Position numbers and translations under genes: made by a program
IMG/VR virus record: IMGVR_UViG_3300025065_000001
Location: 16,545-80,544 of that record
Source of the DNA: a virus
Length of the DNA: 64,000 bases
Reading direction: 5' to 3' (one strand)
In this document: positions 29,550-39,437 of the stretch, one piece after another
Layout of the letters: every line of letters starts with the position of its first letter
Position numbering within the stretch: position 1 is the stretch's first letter
Notes under the pieces: generated by a model
The model's database searches: none
Told to the model about the DNA's origin: nothing
The model's input: the letters and a program-made list of their open reading frames with translations, nothing else

Positions 29550-30725
29550 ATTTTGGATTTTTTTCTCGTAATCCTCGATGAATTTACCGTAGTGTCGAAA
29601 TAGCATTTCTGGCGAAGAGTGGCCCATCCAATTTGCCAACTGCCACAAGTTAATTCCCTCACTAATATGTCGAGTCGCGAAAGTGTGACGCATTTGATAC
29701 GGGTACCGGTATCTTACTTTTGCAGCGGTAAGAATTCGACTCCATTTGTGTTTACGAAATGAGTCTGGGTTTATCCGGTTCAACTCCCCCTCTGGCAGTT
29801 CCATTCCAAACTTTAAGTTTTTAGGGAACACAAAACCGCGACCCAGATAGGAAAGTTCTCTTTGCCGGTTAAGGGCATTCATCGCGCTTTCATTTAAAGG
29901 TATGGCACGTTTACCGGCTTTTGATTTTGGACCCTTGATCTCGTTATGCACAATGGCCGCTTTTACGACTAAGGTGTTGTGAATGAAATCGACTTCGTTC
30001 CACTTAAGCGCCGACCATTCACTAGGCCGCATCCCCGTATTGAAAACCAGCTCAACAATATTTAGCTCTTCCGGTCTGCAATGCTCATAGATTGCTTCGA
30101 CTTCTTGTGGTGTGAACGGGTCGATATCATCGTGGCCACCGTCTAAATCTACCTTGTTATCTTTTTCTACGTAGTTAGAAAGCTTCACACCATCAATCGG
30201 ATTGGTTGGTACCAGTCCGTCAGTCACAGCTTCGGCCAGTGCAGTACGTAAAAAGCTGAACTTGTTTCGCAGTGTTTTAGGTGAGTTCCCAGACTTGAGA
30301 ACAAAGCTTTTCAAAACTTGCGGCGAGAGCTCGGTCACAGGGATAGGGTGGAGTTCCTTAACCGAGGTCTTCAGTTTTTCGTAGCCTTTAATAGTAGAAG
30401 GTGAGAGCCCCCGTTTCTTGACGCTCTCAATATATTCCTCCAAGTACGCTTCAACAGTCTTGCCCCACGCTACAGCGCCACCGAATATTTTTAGCTTTGG
30501 TGAGCTGGGGAAGTAGTCCGCGTATCGGAAAGTTTCACGCTCAATTTTATTTAATATCTCACCGCGTAAGTTACCCGCGTATTTGATATTTGATTTGTTG
30601 ACTGGAACCTTAAGGAGTTCGCGGCAGCGAACCCCTTTATATTCGAAGTTAATTTGAATACGGTCTTCTTTGGCCCCAGGCCTAATAGTTACCCCGCGAG
30701 GGAGTTGCCCCCATTTCTTATCCAT
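29487..30725 (-). CDS. int: Tyrosine integrase
   Basis: TGMRPSE, RHTFAT, MGH and HYG catalytic motifs; N-terminal arm-binding domain; adjacent to att. Confidence 0.95.
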   Translation of the reverse strand: MDKKWGQLPRGVTIRPGAKEDRIQINFEYKGVRCRELLKVPVNKSNIKYAGNLRGEILNKIERETFRYADYFPSSPKLKIFGGAVAWGKTVEAYLEEYIESVKKRGLSPSTIKGYEKLKTSVKELHPIPVTELSPQVLKSFVLKSGNSPKTLRNKFSFLRTALAEAVTDGLVPTNPIDGVKLSNYVEKDNKVDLDGGHDDIDPFTPQEVEAIYEHCRPEELNIVELVFNTGMRPSEWSALKWNEVDFIHNTLVVKAAIVHNEIKGPKSKAGKRAIPLNESAMNALNRQRELSYLGRGFVFPKNLKFGMELPEGELNRINPDSFRKHKWSRILTAAKVRYRYPYQMRHTFATRHISEGINLWQLANWMGHSSPEMLFRHYGKFIEDYEKKIQNDTSAARDTNGTNKKPSLSAI

Positions 30726-30937
30726 TGTTCTACCGCTTCTAAGTCAATCCAAAGTTCGCGAATATGGGGTGGCTTAATAGCATGTACGCCTTTTACCCAG
30801 TGTCCGCGTTTAATTCTCTGTCGTACCGTTTCTATGTCTTCACCAGACAGTTCACAATATTTAGTGAGTGGTACGGTTCTTAGGCTAGTAGTCACATTAA
30901 TAGCAACAGGGTAGTTATCATTAGCTGAGTTCGTCAT
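30689..30937 (-). CDS. xis: Excisionase
   Basis: VPLTKYCELSGE...RIKRGHWVKGVH...LWIDLEAVEQW; overlaps the int start. Confidence 0.8.
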   Translation of the reverse strand: MTNSANDNYPVAINVTTSLRTVPLTKYCELSGEDIETVRQRIKRGHWVKGVHAIKPPHIRELWIDLEAVEQWIRNGGNSLAG

Positions 30938-30962
30938 ATCGTCAATTTCCAAATTTTAAAAG

Positions 30963-31151
30963 TTAGATTCCAAAGGGTTTAGGGTCTCTTGCGTGATATT
31001 TACAAAGAAACTCGTATTTTACTTCAGGACCAAACATTGTAAGGGGTTCGTCACTCACAACATCCGGAGGAAGAAATTTTTTCACCGTCGCATACTCATT
31101 ACAGTATTTACAGTAGCGGACTTTGAAGTGAGGTTTATCTTTCATAACCAC
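30963..31151 (-). CDS. Small Cys/His (Zn-finger-like) protein
   Basis: YCKYCNEYATV...CKYH. Confidence 0.55.
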   Translation of the reverse strand: MVMKDKPHFKVRYCKYCNEYATVKKFLPPDVVSDEPLTMFGPEVKYEFLCKYHARDPKPFGI

Positions 31152-31363
31152 AAATCCCTAGAACATGCGAGGTTATCGAATCTGAAGGTTAAAGCATCGT
31201 GAGCGTTTCTAACGTGGTCAAAACAAACGCTCTCAAAAACAACAGCATCGTCGTTTTTAGTTATCTTTTCGAAAGGCCCTCGGATTGGTGCTTGCTGAGT
31301 TACCGTCGCATACTCATGGCAGTATTTACAGTAAGGGACTTTAAATCGTGGTTTCTCTATCAT
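31142..31363 (-). CDS. Small Cys/His protein, paralogue of the previous gene
   Basis: YCKYCHEYATV...CFDH. Confidence 0.55.
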   Translation of the reverse strand: MIEKPRFKVPYCKYCHEYATVTQQAPIRGPFEKITKNDDAVVFESVCFDHVRNAHDALTFRFDNLACSRDLWL

Positions 31364-31410
31364 AAAATCAATTCCCAAATCAAAGGCTGGCTTTCACCAG
31401 CCTATAAAAG

Positions 31411-33435
31411 TTAAACAGCTACGCGGTTCTCGGCATCTAGTTCTTTATGTGATGCCTGTAAAACCTGTCCGATATGAGGCGTGATACGTTGGATACATTG
31501 CCATGTGAAGCTGGCTCGTGTGTCGTCCATCGCGCTATCAATCTCGTCTAACATCATTAAAGGTAATACACGGTGAGTCAAAATACGACCTAAACCTATG
31601 CGTAGCGTTAAATTAGCAAGGTCTTTACCCGAACCTGATAGCGTTCTTAGCGGCTGGCCATCAACAACAACCTCGAAATCCTGTCCCACTTCAACGGACT
31701 GGAATTCGCCACCGGTCATTTCACTCATAAGCATCGAGGCCACTTTATTAAGCGAAGGCAATAGGTGACTCTGAACCTTAGCTTTCACCACTTTAAGTGC
31801 TTCACGGGCCCGAGACAGTTCCGATAAACGCTCTTCCTCGGCAGCTACACCATCAATACTTTTATTATAGGTGGCCAAAGCCTGTTCGTACTGCCCCGAA
31901 AGGTGCTCGTAGTTCGCCCATTCTTGACGGGCCGACTCTAGTTGGCTAATAACATTACGTAAGGTCGCTTCAGTATTCTCAGGGAATTGCTGTGTAATAC
32001 TGTTAAGCGTTTCTTGCGCTTGGTCATACCTAGCTGTAGCCTCAGCATAAGCTTGCATTAAACCTTCAAAATGCGTTGCTTGACTGTCATACATCCGCAT
32101 CTGGTTATCATACTGGTCTTTTATCCGCTTACAGGTACCTTCCCAGTTCTTAATTTGCTGGTCATTCATCTGAGAAATATTCGATACATGGCTCTTATAG
32201 TCCTTGTTCTCTTTCTCAAACTGCAGTATTGCAGACTTAGCCGTGCGAACTTCATGAAGCGCGGTTCTCAAATCATCAATATTTAAGCTCTGCAGCTCTT
32301 CTAATACCGTGTCATGCCTCTTGTTTATTTCAATTTGGGCAGCGATATCATTCCATTGCTTAATGGTTAAGCTCGGTGCCTTTTCCCTTAAACGTAATTT
32401 TTCCAGTTCTGCAATCTCTGCCGACAAATGGAAGTGATGGTTACATTTAGGACACTCAATCGTGTGTGAAGCCTTGAGCTCTTGGATACGAGTATAACGC
32501 TCGTGTTCGGCCCAAGCTTCATAAAGCTCTCCTATTTCGGGCCACTCGGCGTTAGGTTCACAAGGCTTGTACTGTGCCTCGAGACGCAAGAACTCAGCTT
32601 CAACCTTCACCGCTTTATCAAGGTTATTCTGAAGGTTCAGTTCCACGGTGGTTAACTGGGATACTGTGCTTGGCATACCGTTAGTTAACGTCGGGAACTC
32701 AGGGGCTTTCATCGTAGGCGATAGAAGCTGTGGTTTTTCTGGGTAAATCGGCTCTTCGGGTTGTACAGGTTTTGTTGGCTCCGTTGGTACCGAGACCGCT
32801 TTTGCCGTTAACCAGTTCTCAAGACTTGTTTTATACGTTGCTAGCGCATTCTCGATATCGGCCTTAGGAGTTTGAGGTTGAGTCGGCGCCACAGGTTCTA
32901 CCAAGTTCTTTTTGTGAGTGTCGATAACCGCACGCAGTTCTCTAATCTCTCCGGCCATATTATTAGCAAGCCCATCCATCTGTGTAAGGCCAGCTACCGA
33001 ATCAATCATTTGTTTACGTTCAGTTGGGCGCATATCCGCAAGCGCTTGGATATCACCTTGAGCGCACCAGTGAGCAATACGGAATACATCAAAGCCATAA
33101 CCCAGGGTTCTAACTACCCACTGATTTACAGGCTTGGTACCACTTACGATAGGCTCATTTTTATGGAAGACTTCAGACTTAGATTTGGTACGGTTGATAG
33201 TGTACGTCTCGCCATTGATAGCAATAACAACCTCTACCTTCATTCGCTTGTAATCGCCAGCAATGCCGCGTAGTGCTTTGTTACCGAAGAGGGCAAAGCC
33301 TACCATTTCAAAGTTAAGTGATTTACCTTTGCCGTTCGCTCCGGTGATCAAGGTCGAACCCGCATTTAGTTCCAACTCGTTTTTAATTGTTTTGCCGTTC
33401 GAGAACGTTAAGTCATATTTAATTAAAGAAAGCAT
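31411..33435 (-). CDS. SbcC/Rad50-like SMC ATPase
   Basis: Walker A GANGKGKS, zinc hook CPKC, signature LSGSG, Walker B MMLDE. Confidence 0.9.
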   Translation of the reverse strand: MLSLIKYDLTFSNGKTIKNELELNAGSTLITGANGKGKSLNFEMVGFALFGNKALRGIAGDYKRMKVEVVIAINGETYTINRTKSKSEVFHKNEPIVSGTKPVNQWVVRTLGYGFDVFRIAHWCAQGDIQALADMRPTERKQMIDSVAGLTQMDGLANNMAGEIRELRAVIDTHKKNLVEPVAPTQPQTPKADIENALATYKTSLENWLTAKAVSVPTEPTKPVQPEEPIYPEKPQLLSPTMKAPEFPTLTNGMPSTVSQLTTVELNLQNNLDKAVKVEAEFLRLEAQYKPCEPNAEWPEIGELYEAWAEHERYTRIQELKASHTIECPKCNHHFHLSAEIAELEKLRLREKAPSLTIKQWNDIAAQIEINKRHDTVLEELQSLNIDDLRTALHEVRTAKSAILQFEKENKDYKSHVSNISQMNDQQIKNWEGTCKRIKDQYDNQMRMYDSQATHFEGLMQAYAEATARYDQAQETLNSITQQFPENTEATLRNVISQLESARQEWANYEHLSGQYEQALATYNKSIDGVAAEEERLSELSRAREALKVVKAKVQSHLLPSLNKVASMLMSEMTGGEFQSVEVGQDFEVVVDGQPLRTLSGSGKDLANLTLRIGLGRILTHRVLPLMMLDEIDSAMDDTRASFTWQCIQRITPHIGQVLQASHKELDAENRVAV

Positions 33436-34460
33436 TATTCCGCCTCCGCGCTTAGGTCCATAAACTGGCCCCAAAGTTGATTCGTAGTTTCAGTTGAAAC
33501 GTCGTGTTCCGCCATTGTCGATTTGAAGATGCCTTCTAAGTCGAAGCTATCGAGGTTAACTTCCAGTTCGTCGTCTTTATTTTCCGACACGCGTTTGAAA
33601 GTCAGGCTCAAACAATCCACTTCGGCAATCGGGGCCTCCGTTGGTAGAAGCGTGATTCGAAGGTTCATGTTTTTGAACTTATCAGGGTCAGCTTCTAAGG
33701 CCGTGGTTGCTTCTTGAAGAGAGAGCGTTATGTAGAGCTGGTTATTTGGGTCCTCGGCATGCGAGTAGGGTTGCATAGAGCCGGTAACCCAGACTGGCGT
33801 ATCACCTTCCATAAAAATACGGGGTGTATGATAGTGGCCAGTGATAACCGCAAGTGCGGTTTGCATTTCTTCAAACGGGATCAAGTTATCTGTCGCTGAG
33901 CTATCTTCACTAAAAGCAAGAATGTCCCAATGGCCAAAGGCGAAGAACCCTACCGGTGGCTTAATCTCGGCAGCAATTTCTTTCGCAGTTTTAAAGGGGT
34001 GCCACGGGTAGAAAACAAAATGCTCTTTCTCAATGGTTAGGTAAAGGGCCTTTTCTGCAACTACGTGAATATTTGGCACATGAGCCACAAGCTGTGTAAA
34101 TACATCAAACGAGCTCTTGAACTGGGTGTCCCTCGAGGCATCATGGTTGCCGCGAATTATCACGAACTGACGGTCACGGTAAGTGCTGGCCGCGAGACGA
34201 TAAACGTCGGCCGCAAATAAAATATCTTCTTCAGGAACGCGAAACTTATCAAACAAGTCTCCCATACAAACGTGAAGCTTATACCCTGGCGCATTTACAA
34301 TGCCGGCAAAGGTATCTTTCACCATTTCTTCGCGCTCACCTTTGCGGTGTGTAGGCACGCCAGTATTGAATTTACGTGCTAGGTGAGGGTCACCTAACGT
34401 CTGAACAAAAGAGGGGAGTTTAATTAAATCGTTTAGCGATTCGATTGGTAACATTTGCAT
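33435..34460 (-). CDS. SbcD/Mre11-like metallophosphoesterase nuclease
   Basis: GDPH, GDLFD, GNHD and GHYH motifs. Confidence 0.9.
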   Translation of the reverse strand: MQMLPIESLNDLIKLPSFVQTLGDPHLARKFNTGVPTHRKGEREEMVKDTFAGIVNAPGYKLHVCMGDLFDKFRVPEEDILFAADVYRLAASTYRDRQFVIIRGNHDASRDTQFKSSFDVFTQLVAHVPNIHVVAEKALYLTIEKEHFVFYPWHPFKTAKEIAAEIKPPVGFFAFGHWDILAFSEDSSATDNLIPFEEMQTALAVITGHYHTPRIFMEGDTPVWVTGSMQPYSHAEDPNNQLYITLSLQEATTALEADPDKFKNMNLRITLLPTEAPIAEVDCLSLTFKRVSENKDDELEVNLDSFDLEGIFKSTMAEHDVSTETTNQLWGQFMDLSAEAE

Positions 34461-34470
34461 CGTCAATTTC

Positions 34471-34845
34471 CTAAATAATAATTGAGGGGACTTGGCCCTC
34501 AGTAAAGTTAACTCTAATTTTCCAGTTTAAATCTGGGCTAAAATACGGCCAGTATTCGAGTACAAATCTTTTAATATCTGGATAGACACTAACAGCGTGT
34601 CCCAGCACAGCAAAGCATAAAACTCGGTAAGCCGCATTAGGGTTCCTAAGTTCATTGAAGTCCTCAAACTCTTCGGATTCTTCATCTGGTTCCCAAGGTT
34701 GAACAATTCGGGGTAAAAAGTTCTGGTCTGTTATATGTCCTCTTCGCCACAACAAAACCAGCTTTGCCAGCCTAGCATTCCTCCAAATTAAAGTATTAAT
34801 TTCAGTTTCAGCGTGTAAGGCCCATCCACAAGTAACCTCAAGCAT
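34471..34845 (-). CDS. Hypothetical protein
   Basis: ORF filling the operon gap; start uncertain. Confidence 0.45.
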   Translation of the reverse strand: MLEVTCGWALHAETEINTLIWRNARLAKLVLLWRRGHITDQNFLPRIVQPWEPDEESEEFEDFNELRNPNAAYRVLCFAVLGHAVSVYPDIKRFVLEYWPYFSPDLNWKIRVNFTEGQVPSIII

Positions 34846-34849
34846 AGGT

Positions 34850-35257
34850 TTATCTCCACGTAAATTGAAACTGCGTGAGTTCTTCAAAACGCATAGACTT
34901 CTTAGGCCAGCTTAGAATTAGGGATGCTGGTACTTTAAACCAGCCATCAATACTTATGAAATGGAGGTAGAAATAGTAGAGGCCCCCAGCTTTGGTTACC
35001 TTGGTTGCTTCGCGCCATTGACGTTTCTCAATTCGAGAGAAATCAAAGCGTGAACTTTCAGCAATACTTTTTACTTCCGCGTAGGCCGTTAAACCTTTTT
35101 CGGTAACAAGATAGTCTGAGGGTTTTGATGAAACGATACGTTTGCGAACGCGAGACTTGTTTACATCAGCATGGTCTTCGAAGCGATATACATGAGCGCC
35201 CAGCGCTTTCATATTCTCTTCGAAGATATCTTCGGAGGGTTTACCAGTGTTTTGCAT
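34850..35257 (-). CDS. PD-(D/E)xK Holliday junction resolvase (RecU-like)
   Basis: GKPSE...PSDY...AEVKS...Q motif. Confidence 0.7.
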   Translation of the reverse strand: MQNTGKPSEDIFEENMKALGAHVYRFEDHADVNKSRVRKRIVSSKPSDYLVTEKGLTAYAEVKSIAESSRFDFSRIEKRQWREATKVTKAGGLYYFYLHFISIDGWFKVPASLILSWPKKSMRFEELTQFQFTWR

Positions 35258-35282
35258 CGTCAATTTCCTAATTGTATAAAAC

Positions 35283-35789
35283 TTATTTTGTTTTATTTAG
35301 AGTTAATACTCTTTTAGGTTTATCACCTTTATCATCTGATGTTGACTGGCGTGTGCCGCGTCCCACTTTCTGATTTATGATAATCCCTTGCTTCTTGTTC
35401 TTACGTCGAGAGCGTAAGTACATAGAATGTAGTTCAACCATTCTCTTACGAGCATGGTCTGCTTCGGATTCGGTTACTCTACCGTCAGGCTTTCCCCAGA
35501 GGTTAAAGCGCTGGGCACCAGTACGAATACGATTGAGGTATTTTATAGAATTAACGTGAAAGCCTATCGCATCGTATAGTTCTCTTGAGCTGACTTTCTT
35601 AGGAGAAATAACCGCACGAAGTTGCTCATAAATATCCCTACTTAACGGTTTGTTAGTTAAGATTCGGAATTTATTTTTACGACAATAGGTGACCACCCAA
35701 AGCCAGCAATGGATAGGTTTTTCAAATTGTAATTTTTTAGAATTATATTTAAGGCTTACACCTTCAATTCCAAAAGTGGCGTTATCCAT
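35283..35789 (-). CDS. ProQ/FinO-domain RNA chaperone
   Basis: KPLSRDIYEQL...SSRELYDAIGFHVNSIKYLNRIRTGAQRFNLWGKPDGRVTESEADHARKRM follows the FinO-domain pattern (PL..GI...L; Y L; G..R.DL.G...G.V....A.HA); basic C-terminal tail. Confidence 0.8.
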   Translation of the reverse strand: MDNATFGIEGVSLKYNSKKLQFEKPIHCWLWVVTYCRKNKFRILTNKPLSRDIYEQLRAVISPKKVSSRELYDAIGFHVNSIKYLNRIRTGAQRFNLWGKPDGRVTESEADHARKRMVELHSMYLRSRRKNKKQGIIINQKVGRGTRQSTSDDKGDKPKRVLTLNKTK

Positions 35790-35813
35790 GCTCAACTCGT
35801 CAATTCATATTTT

Positions 35814-35837
35814 AAAAAGGCTCCTAGTGGAGCCTTT
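35814..35837 (-). terminator. Hairpin terminator
   Basis: AAAGGCTCC-TAGT-GGAGCCTTT, with a T tract on the - strand. Confidence 0.6.
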
Positions 35838-35883
35838 ATAATTATTATATTAATTAATAGGTATTATGCTTAATAATACAGCG

Positions 35884-38800
35884 TTATGCAACGTTAGTAG
35901 TAACGACAAACAATTTATTATTAAGTAAGTTGATAAGTCGGTTTTGAATTTCTGGATGTAATTTAGAAATATATGGATGTAATTCAGAAACTTGCGGAGA
36001 CCCAGCCAAAGCTTGAAATACATAGGCTTTCAAATTTCCTGGCACTTCTTCAAGACCTGTGAACATCGTACTGTGGGAGAGCTCTTTAGCCCTTCTCACA
36101 TCCTCAACCCAGCGATTAAAACGTTCATCATCTAAATAATATTTATAAACTGAACGGACACCTACACGTTTCTTTTCTCTACGATATTTCATACCAAACG
36201 AAGTAAGAACGCGGCGAACGAACTCATGACGCTTCTTGTCGGTATCACATAAAGGCATGCGGATACCTTGAAGGATTTCTAAATCCCTTGCATGGGCTAA
36301 TAGAAAATCAAAAGCGCGGTCTTTTTCTAAATCCGTTATTTCACGGCCATCGTAGGTGGGGATATCATTTAGAAATATCACACCTAAATGGTAGAAGAAG
36401 CCACGGCCCAAGCCTTGGTGATCTGCAAACGCCGTTTTATCTTTATCGTGTCGCTTAGTATCAAAGCGGTTAATCATATCGATAAGGAACAGGTCGTCAT
36501 TGTTAGCACCCAGCATCAAACCCTTGCGTCTACCATTGAGAGCCTGTGTTGACATAGTAACTACATCGTTCAGTTCATCCCCAGCCTCGAGGCCAAAGAG
36601 TCGCGCTTGGCGTTTCTTAAGTAGCTGGCGTTGTTCCTCTGCGTTTTTCAAAGTCTGGTTATCTAAAATTTCAAATTCTTCGTCCGTTAACAGCTCAGTA
36701 TCCCTAAGCTTTTGTTTTTCAACTTCTCGAATCTGATCTGTTAGTTCATCCATCAACATTTTCAAATTGTAGCCCTCATCCGAGGCCAGCGTATAAAGCG
36801 TGTTAATGTTGTAACCTTCATTTTCTAAAGCGTTTATCAAATTTTTAGAAAAGTGATTGAGTTTATTATTTTCAAAACTCTTAAGTTGGCCATACCAGTC
36901 TGACCAACCATGGTCGTTTATTTTCAAACGTTCTGTTGCATAATCATATTCAGAAATAAACTGCACGCAGAGTTTGTTATCTATAGTGTTACGGTTCCCG
37001 TATATCTCTTTTTGAACGATTTCTAAAGGCGCGGTTGGATAACGTCTCGCGTTATCGAGGTACATAACATGGTAGTCGGTACATTCACGAACGCGGCTCA
37101 TATGCTGCAAACAATCCGAAGGTAAATTACCCGCCATCTTTGTGAAAAACGCGAACGTCTTTTTAAAACGCGCTCCGGCTGCGGTAGCATCGATGGAGTG
37201 ACCGGTACCCATAGAAGGTGAAGACATAAAAATATCATCGTCTCTCAGATTGCCATTCAAGTCTCGAATAAAGGCTTGTACTTCTGGGGTCTGGGAATTG
37301 TTACTCGTTATTGTGATAACGCGACGACCATTAATCTCCGTCATGAAGTGTTCGTGCTCTAGCTGGCTATCTCCACCCATTTCCTCAATAATTGTGGCCG
37401 CTTTCTTAAGTACGTCCACTTTAGAATTTGAAGCATAGAATAGGCCTGTAGTCTTGGCCTCACACATCAAAGCTTCTACGAACGCTGAAGTATCCCCTTT
37501 ACCATCGGTATCTTGGTACAGCGTCACTTGGCGCTGTTGCTCCTTTGCGGGACGGTACTTATTAACGATAACGTTAATCGTGCGGTCTTCAGGAAGGATA
37601 CCAAATTGCGGGTCTCTCATTAGGTCCACGAACTCTTTGTTTAAGTCAGCATCCATACAGATTACGAACTTGGCCCCAGCGATAATCTCACGTAAGACTT
37701 TTAAACATGCGGCCGGTTTATCAACGGTTGTTGCTTTAATCGCACGCACAAGCTGACAAACCTCATCCATGATCACAATGTCGTAGTTCTGACCTTGCAG
37801 CTTGTATATCGAGTTAAGACAAATACCTAAGCGCTTCTGCATACGTAACGAGTGCAGCCGTTCGCTTTCGATTTCGTTATAGTCTGCAAGATTGAACTGC
37901 TTAGAGAGTGAGTTAACCAACGAGATTAGCTGGCTGATAGCGATAACTCGACCATCAAAGTCTTGTACTTGTTGCTTCAACATATAAGTCTTACCGGTAC
38001 CTTTCTCACTTTTTACCAGTGTAATACCTGGTCGTAGTCGTAGCTCCGGTAGATAGCGTTGGTCTATTACCATAGCTTTATTATCAAATTCTTCCAGTCT
38101 AGATTCGGTGGCCTCGGTCTTACTCATAAAGGTTTCAATAGACTCACGCAGCTCAAAGTTTCGCTCCCCCTCCACAAACGAGTGAATCGTAGGATTGTAG
38201 TCACCGTAGCGGCCAGCGTTAGCGTAGAACTTGGCTTTTGAATAACCTTTCTCAGGGCGTAGTGGGTCTTGTAACTGAGCGCCATCATAAAGCGTTGGAT
38301 TTAAGAACGCTTCAAGCACACTGGTAATACGACCATCTTCAAACTCAAGAATATCGGCAGGGTGAAGTATTTTGTTCTCATGTGCCTTAACAATCTTCAT
38401 GGCCTCGTCACGAGAAAGCGGCATCTGAGTATAATGTGTCGTGTTCACCATTCGCTGAACTTTGATTTCTCTGAATTCAGAGACACGGTTTATAACATCC
38501 TCAGATTGCTTTTCCAGCTCAACCACACGACGGAATTCTTTATCTTGGGTTGGGGTGTAGTCTTTGAGTAGTGTGGTTTTTAACGAGCGCTTACCTCTTC
38601 GGTTAATCTCACCTTTTGGTAACTTCTGGTAGAACGATTCTTTTAGTTTGATGAAGGCACCGGCTTCGAAACATAGACGTTCAGGCTGGAAAACCGAGGT
38701 ATCAAAAATCGTTCTTGGTAGTCGTCCACCGCTAGCACTTACTTTAATGTGGCCTAACCCAGCCATCCAGCAGCGCTTCTCAAGCATTTTACCAAACCGA

Positions 38801-39387
38801 GCAATATCTTCCCCTTTATCAACGAGCATATAAATGTGGAAGCCATCCGCAGGGCGAATTACTTTATTGGTTTCTTTGTCAAACAATGACGTTGAAGTAC
38901 TGTAAGTTCTGATATAGTCCGTGTTGTTTAGTTCTAATTCTGGAACCGCACTATTCAGATGAGTTAGGAAATCTTCAGGATTGGTGATTTTTAGCTTAGC
39001 GTGCTCGTCTTTATCATAATCGAATAGGATTAGACTTGGACCTTTTGTGATCATAGATTTCGAAGAACGTGTGCCATACACACCGGTTTCATCTACGTGC
39101 ACTGGGTATTCATAGCCACGGCGCTCAAACTCGTTACTGGTTAGGACCTCTACAAACTCGTGGTCCGTATCCATAACGCCAGGGGTAAAACACTGGTTAG
39201 GCTCTAAGCTTTTTATAAAATCGGGTAACTGTGAGAGTGTTAGCTGCACTCGTTTTGCTGTACCTGTCACCATCTTAGGTGCATCACTTACAATTTTACC
39301 ATGCTCCATTCGTAGCTCTTTGGTGAGCACTCCGGTGGAGTTCGTAAAAAGTGTCAGGTAAAACGGTTGTTCTACTTGGTTAGCCAT
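35884..39387 (-). CDS. Replication origin-binding helicase with N-terminal primase-like region
   Basis: Walker A SEKGTGKT, MDEVCQL, SPSMGTGHSID, QHMSRVR (UL9/CyRepA1-like SF2); N-terminal DYD...GFHIY. Confidence 0.7.
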   Translation of the reverse strand: MANQVEQPFYLTLFTNSTGVLTKELRMEHGKIVSDAPKMVTGTAKRVQLTLSQLPDFIKSLEPNQCFTPGVMDTDHEFVEVLTSNEFERRGYEYPVHVDETGVYGTRSSKSMITKGPSLILFDYDKDEHAKLKITNPEDFLTHLNSAVPELELNNTDYIRTYSTSTSLFDKETNKVIRPADGFHIYMLVDKGEDIARFGKMLEKRCWMAGLGHIKVSASGGRLPRTIFDTSVFQPERLCFEAGAFIKLKESFYQKLPKGEINRRGKRSLKTTLLKDYTPTQDKEFRRVVELEKQSEDVINRVSEFREIKVQRMVNTTHYTQMPLSRDEAMKIVKAHENKILHPADILEFEDGRITSVLEAFLNPTLYDGAQLQDPLRPEKGYSKAKFYANAGRYGDYNPTIHSFVEGERNFELRESIETFMSKTEATESRLEEFDNKAMVIDQRYLPELRLRPGITLVKSEKGTGKTYMLKQQVQDFDGRVIAISQLISLVNSLSKQFNLADYNEIESERLHSLRMQKRLGICLNSIYKLQGQNYDIVIMDEVCQLVRAIKATTVDKPAACLKVLREIIAGAKFVICMDADLNKEFVDLMRDPQFGILPEDRTINVIVNKYRPAKEQQRQVTLYQDTDGKGDTSAFVEALMCEAKTTGLFYASNSKVDVLKKAATIIEEMGGDSQLEHEHFMTEINGRRVITITSNNSQTPEVQAFIRDLNGNLRDDDIFMSSPSMGTGHSIDATAAGARFKKTFAFFTKMAGNLPSDCLQHMSRVRECTDYHVMYLDNARRYPTAPLEIVQKEIYGNRNTIDNKLCVQFISEYDYATERLKINDHGWSDWYGQLKSFENNKLNHFSKNLINALENEGYNINTLYTLASDEGYNLKMLMDELTDQIREVEKQKLRDTELLTDEEFEILDNQTLKNAEEQRQLLKKRQARLFGLEAGDELNDVVTMSTQALNGRRKGLMLGANNDDLFLIDMINRFDTKRHDKDKTAFADHQGLGRGFFYHLGVIFLNDIPTYDGREITDLEKDRAFDFLLAHARDLEILQGIRMPLCDTDKKRHEFVRRVLTSFGMKYRREKKRVGVRSVYKYYLDDERFNRWVEDVRRAKELSHSTMFTGLEEVPGNLKAYVFQALAGSPQVSELHPYISKLHPEIQNRLINLLNNKLFVVTTNVA

Positions 39388-39437
39388 CGTCAATTCAATC
39401 CAAATTGTAGCGGCCCTCTAAGTGAGGGCCGACTTCA

